From the human T2T-CHM13v2.0 reference genome, Homo sapiens: 64,000 bases of DNA. Location: the NCBI RefSeq assembly GCF_009914755.1, contig NC_060927.1; one strand, 5' to 3'. Shown here in pieces: positions 12,701 to 27,900 of the stretch. The position numbers and the translations under genes were made by a program. Within the stretch, counting starts at the first letter, position 1, and the number at the start of each line of letters is the position of its first letter. The notes below the pieces were generated by a model, which was not told the DNA's origin, searched no databases, and saw only the letters and a list, made by a program, of their open reading frames with translations.

Positions 12701-13734
12701 AGGCAACTTTAAGCCCCTTCCCAGATCAATTGGTCTTTGAGGAAGTCCCTTGCCTTCCTTTTCCAGAAGGTTTGGCATTTAATGAAACATATGCAAGATG
12801 ACTGTATTCATTCTACAATACCTGATCCTTTAGAATATAACCATCAGCCCCACTTTATAATAAATCTCATGCAGATCACTTGGGTAAATGGAAGAATCAT
12901 ATAGGACTGGCAGTTGAATGATAAAATTAGTGTGTTCTTTGATCTAAATAAGCAGTGTGCTTATATTCACAGGCACATATAATTCTTTGTTTCCTATGAC
13001 AGAAAAAATGTCTGTTCCTTTCATTTACCTTCACGTTGTCGTTCTCTAAAATATTTGAGATGACTGAAAATCTGTTTGCCATGTTGATTAAACTGGTACA
13101 CGTTTATTCCTTTAACATATTTTAAATGTGTTTTCCCATTTGCATTCAATCAGTTTTATTTTTTATCATGACAAGTTGGTGGTAGCATTATTTGGCTGTC
13201 AAAATGGGCTATGATGATGTGTGTTTGTTAAAACAAACAACAAGAAATTATTAAGAAGCTATGCATGTACTCCGCCGGGTGCTTGTGTAGCTCTCATAGC
13301 TTTTTATCAGATGGATCATTCATCCTGTAAAGACCGAGCTAGCTACACACACACATCAAGCAGCCAGTAGTTTTCCATGCACAGTTTCCTTTTCTGCCTT
13401 TAAATGAGTTTACTGGATCTCAGACAGTTGTGTAGACATTGGGGTAGGTTCTTTTTACAAGAATGAAACATGTTGCTGTGTCATTTCCTCTGGAGGCAGC
13501 CGACTTTTATAGCATAAATGTGGGCTCACCAGCATGTTTTCTATAGCAACACTGTGTACAATGCTTTCAGCCAAATGTTTGTAGAATTGAGAAATGGAGC
13601 CACATGTGCAGTACCAAACAATTGTTACTGTGGAAATAAAGTTTTATAACATAATTTTATGCTAAAGCAGCAATTTTTTGTTGTCTAGTAGCCTTAAATA
13701 AGATGTGTATATGCATGAGAGGAGAGGCGAAGTA

Positions 13735-13960
13735 ATTCAGGGCTTAAATATGTGGTATGTAGACAAAAACAGAATGGGTTCTAATCTTGTGTCCATTTGT
13801 CACTTCTATGACATTGGCCAACTGATCCGCTCTGCAGATCAGTTATCTGAGCTCTAAAATTGGTACTATAATAACAACCATCTCATCAAGTTTTGGTGAG
13901 GATTAACTGAGAGAGAGAATGTGAAGTCCTTAGGAACGTGCCTGGCACATGGTAAGGGGT
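13735..13960 (+). mobile_element. MIR
   Basis: gggttctaatcttg...tggtgaggattaactgag...gtgcctggcacatggtaag. Confidence 0.75.
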
Positions 13961-13976
13961 AAAAAGATTAATAGTA

Positions 13977-14022
13977 TTAGGGTGGTTCAAAAGTAATTGC
14001 AATTTTTGCTATTAAAAGTAAT
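13977..14022. mobile_element. Half MADE1 (Hsmar1 mariner MITE)
   Basis: ta + ttagggtggttcaaaagtaattgcaatttttgctattaaaagtaat is one TIR arm plus the spacer; second arm absent. Confidence 0.7.
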
Positions 14023-14464
14023 AATTACATCACATAAGCTGAGTAAACTGGATGATTGAAAGTCACAACCGCACTAGCTCTTTAAGACTCAGACTTTGTG
14101 GGGAATATTGCTTAGTTTTCAACTGTTTGCCTGCAATTTTCTGAGTGACAGCCAAAGGAAGAAAAAAAAAGATACAGGGAAAGATTGACTTATGAAATTC
14201 AAATAAGTGGCATTTCAAACCACTGTTCAGTTCTTCATCACTGAGAAACAGCTTATTTTTGCATATTTAAAAGATGAAAGAAAATGCATACATATTAATT
14301 TTAAATTAGGCTTTCTAATGGGGGAACTTTTCAAGTGATTTCCAATGGTGGAAAAATGCAGAATTCATGCTCAAGTGAATCTCTTAGTGTTTTGGGCAAG
14401 AATAAATTAATTATAGCAATTGAAGGTATGCCCAAAGCTCTTCACATTTTGAAGAAGAGATTGG

Positions 14465-14466
<2 letters not shown>

Positions 14467-14502
<36 letters not shown>
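14467..14502. repeat. (AC)18 microsatellite
   Basis: Perfect dinucleotide run. Confidence 0.95.
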
Positions 14503-14505
<3 letters not shown>

Positions 14506-15169
14506 TAAACCCAAAAACTTTGGATGGAAAATAGGTACAATGACAATACTTTTACTCTCTGGTTTACCATCGGTGGAAACTTTTAAGATTTCTAGATGTT
14601 TTGGTTTTTGGGGGGATTGTTTTGGTAACATTGAAATTACCATTAGGAAAGTAAGAGTGATTTACTATTTGAAGATTAGAAGACTATTGGTTTTCCATTC
14701 AAGTTGCTACCTAAAGAGTTCACTTATCTGGACTGTAGCAAATTTATGTAATATTTTTTTCTCCTATAAAGGAACTCAGAAAATGTTCAGCAATAGAATA
14801 ATTGTCCATGTTAGTAACTCAATCATCTAACAATGCTTACACTTAAGTTCAGTAAGCTTCCATCTTCCAATTGCTTTAAATCCATTTGCAATAAAATTAT
14901 GGAGGATTCAAACAGTGTGGAGGTTGATGTTGTTGAACTTGCTGATGATGCATTAATATGGTCATCTTGGAATTTGCTTTCCTTTCTAGCTCTGTAAATC
15001 CAGCCTATCCATGTATCAAGTACTCCCCCATCTATGAAGCCTTCCAAGCATTCTCTGACACTAATCATAATAATCATGTTTTGATCATTCTTATATTGCT
15101 AATAATACCATTATATTTGCTATCACCCATTAACATCAATATCACCATCATCATCTTCTTCTTCATGAA

Positions 15170-15400
15170 TAATATTTATCGAGTGCTCAATATGAGCCAG
15201 ATTCTATACTAAAGACCTTATGTTCATTTTATTTTGTCATCCCAATACTGTAATTCTACTATTATTCTCTACTGATGCATGAGAAACTGAGTCTTGCAAA
15301 GTTTAAATACCTATCTAAGTTCATATTGCAAATACATGACAGAACCAGACTTTTAATCCCAGCAGCCTAACTGCAAAGCCCTAATTTCTTAACCCCCCTA
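15170..15400 (-). mobile_element. MIR
   Basis: atttatcgagtgctcaatatgagccag...gagaaactgagtcttgcaaagtttaaatacc...cccagcagcctaactgcaaagccc. Confidence 0.65.
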
Positions 15401-15415
15401 TAATGACTATCAACT

Positions 15416-15736
15416 TATTATTTATTTATTTATTTTGTTTATTTTAATTTTTTTGAGACAGAGTCTCGCTCTGTCGCCCAGTCTGGAGTGTAATCGTGTG
15501 ATCTTGACCCACTGCAACCTCCGCCTTTCAGGTTCAAGCAATTCTCCTGCCTCAGCCTCCCTAGAATCTGGGATTACAATCCCCCGCTACCATGCCTGGC
15601 TGATTTTTCTATTTTTAGTAGAGACGGCATTTCACCATTTTGGCCAGGCTGGTCTTGAACTCCTGACCTCGGGTGATCCACCCATCTTGGCCTCCCAAAG
15701 TGCTAGGATTACAGGTGTGAGCAACTGCACCCAGTC
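15416..15736 (-). mobile_element. AluS (Sx/Sz-like)
   Basis: Full dimer with (TTTA)n tail; gacctcgggtgatccacc. Confidence 0.9.
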
Positions 15737-15810
15737 TCCAATTTATAATTTAAACATTAGACATTTAACTTTTAGATTTTCCATCTTGTCTCCTTCTTTG
15801 GTAACTTCTT

Positions 15811-16278
15811 TGTAGCAGAAGTTTGTCCCCAAATGCCTTTCTCCCTTTCTTCATTAGAATTGCAATCTTTAAATTTTAGCTGAGCACACAGTAATCAAAA
15901 ATAAGAATCTTATATTCTGGTTTCCCTGTGCATGCAAGTGATTAAGTCTGGATAATGACATGTCAATGGGAATTCTTCTTAGAAAGGAGAAGGTGTGTAA
16001 TCCTTTGATCCTTTCTTCATTCTCTTGGCTGGATTTGGGTCCTGGAGCTGGTGCTAGACCAGCCACCTCAGAATATGATATGGAGACCACATGCTGAGGA
16101 TGGCTGAGAAGAAATGCAGAAAGACTCTTGGTGTTTGACAGTGTGATGCACTGACCAACCCTAAACAGACTCTTTCTACACTTATTTCATTTGAGATGGA
16201 ATACGTTTCTACTGTATTGATATTTCAATTATTTTGAGTTTTTGGTCTCTTGAAGCCGATCTAATCCTACCTAATACA
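15811..16278 (+). mobile_element. MaLR LTR, MLT1J-like
   Basis: tgtagcag...catgctgaggatggc...ctaatcctacctaataca with TG...CA ends. Confidence 0.6.
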
Positions 16279-17019
16279 CTCTTAGAGGGCAGAGTGAATT
16301 TTTATACAAGTAAGAATACTCATAACATGTTTAAAAGGCACTTGATAAATATCATATTGCTTTATGGTAATTACAGATTTCCAAATATGTCCAAGGTCTA
16401 TCAAAAATCATAGTCTAGTATACATAATCTAAAACAGTAGTATATTTGAAACCCTCAGAATTGGACAGTTTATTAGGCTAAGCTTTATTTTGCAGCCACT
16501 TCAGCCACTTCTTCCATATTAACACAGGGGAGATTTGATATAAAATGCTATTATATGTAGTTGGATATACTCCTAGTGCTGACAGAATAAAAACATACTG
16601 CATTTAAAAAAAACAAAATTTCCTTTTTGAATTAATGTCATCTCTTACTGTGTCAATCTAACTGGCATTATTAAAAACCCTGTCAGGAATTACTATACAA
16701 ATCCTCACTCTAGTAATCATACACATGCTTGTCCACCTAATTGAGGCCATTGCAATGTGGCACTACAAAGAGAATATTCTAGAAGTTAGTTCAAACCAAC
16801 TGAAGATGCAAGCCAATATAAGAATTGTCTTCCCACAAGAGATATCAATAATACAGAGCTGAGATGCTACAGAAAAGAGAATAAATCATAAAATTATTTA
16901 AAAGCTAACACTATATAGTTTAGGATTAGTTTTGTCTTGGGAAAATTGTCTAATTCCCTGCTTTCTCAGAATATATGACCATCCTGTGATAGAATAAAAT
17001 AGTAAAAGTACTGACATTC

Positions 17020-17560
17020 AGTCATTTCTTCTTTTACTTATTAACTCAATCCTTCAATAATATTTCCAAGCCCATACTGTAGGCTAGACACTTGTCTCAT
17101 ATCTGGTGATAGGCATAAACAATATTGACAAAATTCATGCCTTCCTGGAGCTCATTTTCTTATGGAGGAAGACAGACAAAAATTATATATTTTTTAAGAC
17201 AGTGGTTAAGATTAATAAGATATTGAGATTGAAAGCGATTGAAGGCAAGGGGAAGTCAGGTTAGACCCCTTTGAGAATGTATAATTTGAGCTGAGATGTA
17301 GGTAGCAAGATAGGCTGGTCTTACAAAAATTTGAGGGAAAAGGCTCCAGGCAGAGGAAACAAGAAGTGCACAGCTCTTAAGACTGGAACAAGCTTTGCTG
17401 ATTCAGGAGATGGGAGATAACTTCAAGGTTTCTGGGACAAAGTGGAGAAGGGGAGAGTGGTGCTAAGATCAGAGGAATAGGCAGGACTGGGTCGTATAGG
17501 ACCCTGAAGGGTATGGTAAGATGTCTGAAATTTATTCTAAGTTCTTTAGGTGTGACATGT
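17020..17560 (-). mobile_element. L2 3' region
   Basis: tgccttcctggagctcattttct...atttgagctgagat...ccaggcagaggaaacaagaagtgca...tttattctaag. Confidence 0.75.
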
Positions 17561-18469
17561 AATCGAAGTGACAGTTTTGTGTTAGAGACCTATTGCTCTT
17601 TTGCTGTCTATAGTTTTCTACATAAACTTAGAAATAGATTTTTAGAATGTCAACCCCTAAGTCCTCATATCCGTAGAAGTTAAGTCACTATCATTACCAG
17701 AAATTATCTGGTATTTCATAAGTGCTCATATTAATGGGACTATGGAGGCTGGAATGAATTAAGGATTCTTGTGACTTATGATAAATGATAAATCTTAATT
17801 ATGAGCCTCATTTTATTCATACTGAAAGCACACAGAAATAGTAAATTCAGTGTAATCTGTCAGGAATAATTAATTTGATTAAATATTGATTTTAATTTTA
17901 GATCTGTCATTTCCTATTTAGTTATATTTTATATGCACCTTTTCATATTTATTACACTGTACATGCATTTTAAAAATATGTCTTTGAAAAACTGTGCTAA
18001 ACTATTAAAAGCATAAATAAGTGAGTACATGGAGAAACAATAACAGCAAATTGAGCACATGGGGAAACAGTAACATCAAATTGTATGTTTGTGAAACATT
18101 CTTATATTGTTTGCAAATACTGTAAAGTATATTCTGCTCATTGGACTTACATTATGGAATTAAGAATAAGAAGCAGATGCTGCATCTTGTTTGTAGGATC
18201 TAAGTCAGAGGCAATGAACATGTACACATGTGGCTGCTCCTAAAAGGAACACAGGTATCACCAACTAGCTAGCTCCTGGAAAGTCCTACTTCAACCTCAG
18301 AATCTTTTCATCATTGCTGTTTAGTCAACCACCACTCATAAATGACTTGTCAAGAGAAGCTAGTCCAAGATTTGCTCTTGCCTTAAACTGACAATGAACA
18401 AAGAAAGATATGCATCTTTTGCAGGTGTGAAAGTTCTCTGCTCATTTGTTACAATAGAGGATAATTTAG

Positions 18470-18690
18470 AAAGAATGTGGACATTGAAGTTAAATAAAAT
18501 CGCCTTGAACCAGGATAGGATACTTATATTGGGCAGGTTCCTTAGCTTCCCTAAGCCTTTCTTTTCTTCAGTAGAAAATGAAAATGACATTTTATTTATG
18601 GGATTTAGGGAAAAATAAAATACTTGATGTATTGAAAGTTTTTAACAAATAATTTGATTCCATATTTTTCCTAGAATATTAAATGGTATT
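18470..18690 (+). mobile_element. MIR
   Basis: ttgggcaggttccttagcttccctaagcctt...tagaaaatgaaaatga. Confidence 0.5.
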
Positions 18691-19204
18691 ACCTTGGTCT
18701 AGAGATGCAAAAAATTTTTACTCCCAAATCGGTATTCTTTCCACTCCCACTATAAAGAGTATCTGAATTCTTATTTAAGGAAACACCTAAAAGAATATAT
18801 ACACACCCCATTTACACATATATATTAAACTTATTTATTATGATTTCAAGATCATATTGCTTTCATTTTAAGGTTTTTGAAAGACACATAAAGGCTAAGA
18901 ACACTGTGATCTTTAAAATAAGTTCTAAAGAAGAGAGAAGAAGAGAGAAGGAGTTAAGAGGTGGGGAAAGCTTCATTGCTTTTGGTTAAGAATAAGAAAA
19001 ATTTTGAAATGATTTAAGTTTGCAATATTTGGACAAATATCAAAGATTTTGTTTTGATAATATTACAAAATAAAATGTTATCAGAAATTATTGGGCATAA
19101 AATATCTACTTGTGTGAATTTCTATGAAACAGGAAATAAAATTTAGGGTCCAGGTACCCATAAAAATCTCATTGTTAAATTGCTTTTTTTTTGTGCTAAG
19201 ATAG

Positions 19205-19597
<393 letters not shown>

Positions 19598-20684
19598 GTT
19601 TCTGTGTTCTTTCTTTGTTCGTAAGACACTATCATTTCACTCTATGAGAGGTTCCCAAACAGTATAGTTGGTAACATCTGAAAAATGCAGATTCTTATCC
19701 CATACCAAGAAATTTTAGTTAAAGGGGTCTGTGACAGGCTGAGATGGAATAAAGAGTTCATATCAGACATTTCTAGTGGTTGGGAGGTGTTTTGTAATTC
19801 TCAATGCTATTTTATTTGTTTTAGTCAAGTTATTTCATTTATTTTAAAATTTCAAACAATATTTAAAAATGGTATGGAAGTCCCACTATCAAAATGAATG
19901 GTTACAAAAGAAAAATTATTTGGAAACACAGCACATTGAAAGGGAACAACAAGTTTTATTTATTTTTGAGCCTTCAGTTTAGTGCTGGTTACTCAATAAA
20001 TGTTTGTTGAATAAATGAATAATCTGAATGAAGCTTTACCTTTTTAAAAATGAGATGACTGCTCTCCCATGAAATATAAATGCAAAAAGACACCTCTGTA
20101 GATTTTAATTTCCTTCTAGACTCCCAAACTACAACAACTGCTTTATATAGTGCAGGAATATTGCTCTTACTCACTTACTCTGACCCTGAAAATGTCTGTT
20201 ACAAATAACTGAGCTCTCTAATAGTTCATAATGACCCTGTTCTCTGAGCAGAACTAATCAGTAATTTGGAATCAAATCGGCATTCTAAAAATGAGACATT
20301 GCTCACATTGATTCCTACATGGTCATCATCTTTGCATTAAAGGAGACAATTACAATATGTTAGTGTCAATCAATATTATGAATAAATTTTCAAACCATGA
20401 GGGGTGATGACTGACCTATTGTGATGTTAATTTCCTCTTCACCTCTAGTGCCAATTGTTTGCAGTGAGAAAGCTAACACTACTATGGGAAACTCATATTT
20501 CCAATTAAGGTGATAATATTTAAGGTTTTTTTGTTTTTATTTTTGCCTCCATTTGAATTATTTGCAGTAATATAAGGAGTTTTTTTTTACCTATAGTCTG
20601 GTTTAAAATGTTTTTAACTACAAATCAGAATCTTTGCAGTACTCATTGTGTTGACTATTCAAAAGTCTTAAAAAGGTATTTTTA

Positions 20685-21167
<483 letters not shown>

Positions 21168-21656
21168 TCATTGACTCAAAAACCCAGTCTGCTAGTCAAA
21201 TGCTGATGAGGTGAAAGAGCTTAATTGGCTTGATGCAAATTCACCATCTTAAATAATTTTTTAATATAATAAAACCTATAACTTACAGTTGGGTCAAAAA
21301 AGTGTTACCTTCATATTTGATAGACATTTTGGTTATATCTACAAATTCCAAATCACAGATATGGCCTAGGTCCTAAGATAATATTAATACACAACTTCCT
21401 AGTGAGTAAATGTAGCCATGAAATATGATCTATTAGAAATGTGCTACTAAACCCTGGGTACCTGTTTCCCTTGGGGAAATTTTTATCTCAAACACAAAGC
21501 AATTAATCTTCTTAGTCTTTCTTGATAACTCAATGATTTTCAGCTAATGGGTAATGATCTATAATTTGATATAAGTGAAAGAATAATGGTCAGGTTCATT
21601 TTCTATTCAACTCAAAAAATGATTTTTTTGTAAATCCTTACAGTGTGTCTAGGTAA

Positions 21657-22051
<395 letters not shown>

Positions 22052-23999
22052 CTCTTAAATATTTAATATTTAAATATTAAATTTTTAGTTAAATATAATC
22101 ATATTAAAAATAAATTTTAAAATAAATTCTACATTTAATGTAGAGTCACTTTATTACCTTCTATATTCAAGTATCTGATTAATTTATGTCTTTTTCAGTA
22201 ATGCAAATGATTCATTATCATTTGAATGTTTAACTGCTCAAGTTTTATTGTCAGTGTACTTTTACTATGTTTTCATTAATTATTTTTTAAGAAATTTGAT
22301 TAATAGTATCCTGCTAAGTTGAAATCCTAGTAGAGTGTTTTAGATTTTGAGAGCTTATCAAAATCAAACTGGAAGGAAACATTGCTTTGCACTTAATTCT
22401 GCCAGTTACCAAAATCATATCACATAGCGATCCTGACATAGATAGGAAGAAAGCAGTGGTGTGACCCATATCACAAATCACAGTCACAGTCATTTCATGA
22501 AAAATCTCTTCTTTGGGAAAATAAAAATTAACTGGGTAGATTTCTCAAGATGTTTTATTTTGTCTATGGAAAGAGGAAGATGGCAGTCAATGTATGATGT
22601 TCTTTTCAAAGGAGCTTCACCTGCAAATTCATTGACACCATATTTCTGCAATGTTTTAGAAATACACATTGTGTTGTGCTCAGCATGACTCTCTGAAAAC
22701 TTTTTAGCATTCAGGATTGTAAGTGCCAGAAACTGTCTTGATTATATTTTATGAGAATGTGTCAGAAATATTACTTATAAATCACCAGGTTGGAATAACC
22801 AGTACCTGAAGTTGGCCATCTTTATTTTAATAGGTGTACATATGTACTATGCATAACGCATGCTTCAGAAATTGTTACTACTCAACCTACTTACTTAGTA
22901 TGAAGTTTCTTCTTTAGTATATTATCATCCATTGTAATTCAAAATTACATAATGGATTAATTTTGAAAACAAATCTTCCCAAGGTCTAGTTTCTGGCTCA
23001 GCTTTTAAAGGCTAAGCATAATGATAATATAATACTATAATTTATGAATATTGCAAAGAGGATGGATAGTGGAAATGTAGAAAATACCATAGTACTTTGT
23101 TATAGAACCCATACAAATATAATACTTGTCAAAAATGGAAGATTTTTTTGGTACCAATTTATAGTAAGGGTAAGGAACAGTGAAGGGATGAGAAACTGTT
23201 GCAGCTAGAAAAATGATGCCAATGGAAAAATAGTATTTCAGATTCATAGTGGTGGTATTGATTCATAAAGTGATGTACTTTTTTCAATTAAGTATCAATA
23301 GAATCAAAATCAATTAGTAACAGGTATGAGAGTTCCTCTGTGAATTGAGAAATATCTTTATTCAATTTGACATATTCCAGCCATTCTTAGTCAATAGCTC
23401 CCTCTTTAGACATATGAGAGTTACTGACATTTATTTATGCCTTGGGAAATCGAATTTACAGGGGCTTTTGTATAGGCACCCATTGTGAAATCTAGCCACT
23501 CTATTAATTTTGGAACAAGAACAAAAAAATCCCTACAAATAAAAGGTTAAAAATATATTAAGTGCTAAAAGTGGAGTAAAAGATATTTTAAATAAATAAA
23601 TTTGACGCTTTTGTAAAATGATTTCAGTGGCAAGAAAACACAAACAATTCAAATACCCAGCTATTGTCAACCTAGCTTATGAAGAATATATCCAACTCTG
23701 CGCTTTGGGGCTTATTTTAAAACTTGGCTATGTCATAGTTTCTTATTTGTCAGCTTTCTTTTGCCCTGCATGAGCACAACTCTACAAAGAGTCTTAATAT
23801 GTGATTGGGTTAGCTTCTCTTAGACTCAGTTATTGTGGGTTTCTGTCATCAACTAGAATATTATTTATTAAAGTCTGAAGTCATTATCATGCTCAATTAA
23901 CAAGGTTGCTTCTCTGCTTTCTCTTTCTTTCTTTCCCTCTGTCTCTCAAGTGGCATATTTATTTCCCCCAAATTAGAAATTTAGTAGATTCTAGTAAAT

Positions 24000-24510
24000 T
24001 AAAAAAAATTTTAAAACAGTCACAGAACCACCAAAAGGAAGTAAAATAACAATCATTATTTATTATATCATAATACAAAATAACCTCACTTAACATTTAA
24101 TATATTCCTTTTGGTCTATTTTTATATAGATGTGTATTTTTATAAAATTGAAATAAAGCTGAAAATACGGTTTTATATCTTTCCCCAAAATATAATTATT
24201 ATAACAAAGCCATAAATGATATATGTATTGCATTTGTGTAACTATCTTTTAAAATTACCATTAAACATTTCTGAATAATGCCTCATCAGATGAAAATACA
24301 AAACTGATTTAGATGTTATTGCACATTTAGAATACAGCTTCAATGACTATCTTTACACCTATGTTTTTGAATGGCTTTCTGAGTATTTCCTTAGAGAGTT
24401 TCCTGGAAATGAAATGGTCGGTGAAAGGACAGGACATCTTTGAAATATTGTCAAGTAGCTTTTCAGAGTGATTGAACAAAGATTTACTTCTAAAGAGATA
24501 TTCTGAGTGG
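24000..24510 (-). mobile_element. Old L1ME 3' fragment
   Basis: gagtatttccttagagagtttcctggaaatgaaatggtcgg...tgtcaagtagctttcaga resembles degenerate L1ME ORF2 end and 3'UTR. Confidence 0.5.
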
Positions 24511-24956
24511 AATAATTTAAAATTGATCATTTTAAGCTGGAATTTAAATTAGCAACCTCTCCACTCCATACCTACACACCACACCTCTGGATCCCCTCCC
24601 ACTGTAATAAACATCTTATTTATTCTATGTTTATGAACACACTGCTTTAAAATGAGGAAAGAATACAGATCTCTTATGGAAGTATATAATAAACATCCTG
24701 GTGGCATTTAACTGAGGTGTTTCCATTTATTTAATTTGCATTTTAAAAGTATTTATTTTTTATACTTCTGAGATACATATGCAGAACATGCAGGTTTGTT
24801 ACATAGATATACATATGCCATGGTGGTTTGCTACACACATCAACCTGTCATCTACATTAGATATTTCTCCTAATGCTATCCCTCCCCTAGCACCCAACCC
24901 CCTGACAGGCCCTGGTGTGTGATGTTCCCCTCCCTGTGCCCATATGCTTTCATTGT

Positions 24957-27900
24957 TCAACTCCCACTTGTGAGTGAGAATTTGCAGTGTTTGGTTTTCT
25001 GTTCCTGTGTTAGTTTGCTGAGAAAGATGGTTTCCAGTTTCATTCATGTCCCTGCAAAGAACATGAACTCATTCTTTTTTATCACTGTGGTGTATTCCAT
25101 GGGATATATGTGCCACATTTTCTTTATCCAGTATAACACTGATGGGCATATGTGTTGGTTCCAAGTCTTTACTATTATGAATAGTGCTGCAATAAACATA
25201 CCGGTGCATGTGTCTTTGTAGTAGAATGATTTACAATCCTTTGGTTATATACCCAGTAATGGGATTGCTGGGTCAAATGGTATTTCTAGTTCTAGATCCT
25301 TGAGGAATCACCACACTGTCTTCCACAATGGTTGAACTAATTTACACTCCCACCAACAGTGTAAAAGCGTTTCTATTTCTCCACATCCTCTCCAGCATCT
25401 GTTGTTTCCTGATTTTTTTAATGATCACCATTCTAAATGGCGTGAGATGGTATCTCATTGTGGTTTTGATTTGCGTTTCTCTAATGACCAAGGATGATGA
25501 GCTTTTTTTCATGTTTGTTGACCGCATAAATGTCTTCCTTTAAAAAGTGTCTGTTTGTATCCTTTGCCCACTTTCTGATTTTTTTTTTAATTTGTTTATG
25601 TTCCTGGTAGATTCTGGATATTAGCCCTTTTTCAGATGGATAGATTGCAAACATTTTCTCCCATTCTGTAGGTTGCCTGTTCACTCTGGTGAGAGTTTCT
25701 TTTGCTGTACAGAAGCTCTTTAGTTTAATTAGATCCTGTTTGTCAATTTTGGCTTTTGTTGCAATGGCTTTTGGTGTTTTAGTCTTGAAGTCTTTGCCCA
25801 TGCCTCTGTCCTGAATGGTATTGCCTAGATTTTCTTCAATGGTTTTTATGGTTTTAGGTCTTACATTTAAGTATTTACTCATCTTGAGTTAATTTTTGTA
25901 TAAGGTGTAAAGAAGGGGTCCAGTTTCAGTTTTCTGCATATGGCTAGCCAGTTGTCCCAACACCATTTATTAAATAGGGAATCATTTCCCCACTGCTTGT
26001 TTTTATCAGGTTTGTCAAAGATCAGATGGTTGTAGAGGTGTGGTGTTATTTCTGAGGCCTCTGTTCCGTTACATTGGTCTATATATCTATTTTGGTACCA
26101 GTATCATGCTGTTTTGGTTACTGTAGCCTTGTAGTATAGTTTGAAGTCATGTAGCATGATGCCTCCAGGTTTGTTCTTTTTGCTTAGGATTGTCTTGGCT
26201 ATATGGGCTCTTTTTTGGTTCCATATGAAATTTAAAGTAGTTTTTTCTAATTCTGTGAAGAAATTCACGGTAGCTTGATGGGAATACCATTGAATCTATC
26301 AATTACTTTGGGCACTATGGCCATTTTCACGATATTGATTCTTCTTATCCATGAGCTAGGAATGTTTTTCCATTTGTTTGTGTCCTCTCATATTTCCTTG
26401 AGCAGTGGTTTGTAGTTCTCCTTGAAGAGATCCTTCACATCCCTTTTAAGTGGTATTCTTAGGTATTTTATTCTCTTTGTAGCAGTTGTGAATGGAAGTT
26501 TGCTCATGCTTTTCTTCTGTTGTCTATTATTGGTGTATAGGAATGCTTGTGATTTTTGCACGTTGATTTTGTATCCTGAGACTTTGCCGAAGTTGCTTAT
26601 CAGCTTAAGGAGATTTTGGGCGGAGACAATGGGGTTTTCTAAATATGCAATCATGTCATCTGCAAACAGAGATATTTTGACTTCCTTTCTTCCTATTTGA
26701 ATACCCTTTATTTTTTTCTCTAGCCTGATTGCCCTGGCCAGAACTTCCAATATTATGTTGAATAGGAGTGGTGAGAGATGGCATCCTTGTCTTGTGCCAG
26801 TTTTCAAAGGGAATTCTGCCAGCTTTTGCCCATTCGGTGTAATATTGGCTGTGGGTTTGTCATAAATAGGTCTTATTATTTTGAGATATTTTCCACTGAT
26901 ACCTAGTTTATTGAGAATTTTTTAGCATGAAGGGGTGTTGAATTTTATCAAAGGCCTTTTCTGTATCTACTGAGATAACCATGTGGTTTTTGTCATTGGT
27001 TCTGCTTATGTGATGGATTACATTTATTGATTTTTGTATGTTGAACCAGCCTTGCATCCCAGGGATGAAGCCAACTTGATCTTGGTGGATAAGCTTTTTA
27101 ATGTGCTGCTGGTTTTGGTTTGCCAGTATTTTATTGAGGATTTTTGCATCAATGTTCATCAGGGATATTGGCCTGAAATTTTCTTTTTTGTTGTGTCTTT
27201 GCAAGGTTTTGGTATCAGAATGATGCTGGCCTCATAAATATAATAACTCATAAAATGAGTTAGGGAGGAGTCCCTCTTTTTCTGTTGTTTGGAATAGTTT
27301 CAGAAGGAATGTACCAGCTCATCTTTGTACCTCTGGAAGAATTTGGCTGTGAATCCACCTGGTCCTGGGCTTTTTTGGTTGGTAGGCTATTAATTACTGC
27401 CTCAATTTCAGAACTTGTTATTGGTCTATTCAGGGATTTGATTTCTTCCTGGTTAAGTCTTGGGAGGGTGTATGTGTCCAGGAATTTATCCATTTCTTCT
27501 AGATCTTCAGGTTTATTTGTGTAGAGGTGTTTATAGTATTCTCTCATGATAGTTTGTATTTCTGTGGGATCAGTGGTGATCTCCCCTTTATCATTTTTTA
27601 TTGTGTCTATTTGATTCTTCTCTTTTCTTATTTATTATTCTGGCTAGTGGTCTATTTTGTTAATCTTTTCAAAAAATCATCTCCTGGATTCACTGTTTTT
27701 TTGAAGGGTTTTTCATGACTCGATATCCTTCAGTTCTGCTCTGATCTTAGTTATTTCTTGTCTTCTGCTAGCTTTTGAATTTATTTGCTCTTGCTTCTCT
27801 AGTTCTGTTAATTGTGATGTTAAGATGTCGATTTCAGATTTTCCCATTTCTCCTGTGGGCATTTAGTACTATCAGTTTCCTTCTAAACACTGCTTTATCT

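Noticed and set aside
27231-27254. ctcataaa-tataataa-ctcataaa, resembling a tail-only L1 insertion with an 8-bp TSD
   Set aside because: The duplicated flank does not begin with an A-rich endonuclease site on either strand; slippage is the simpler explanation.
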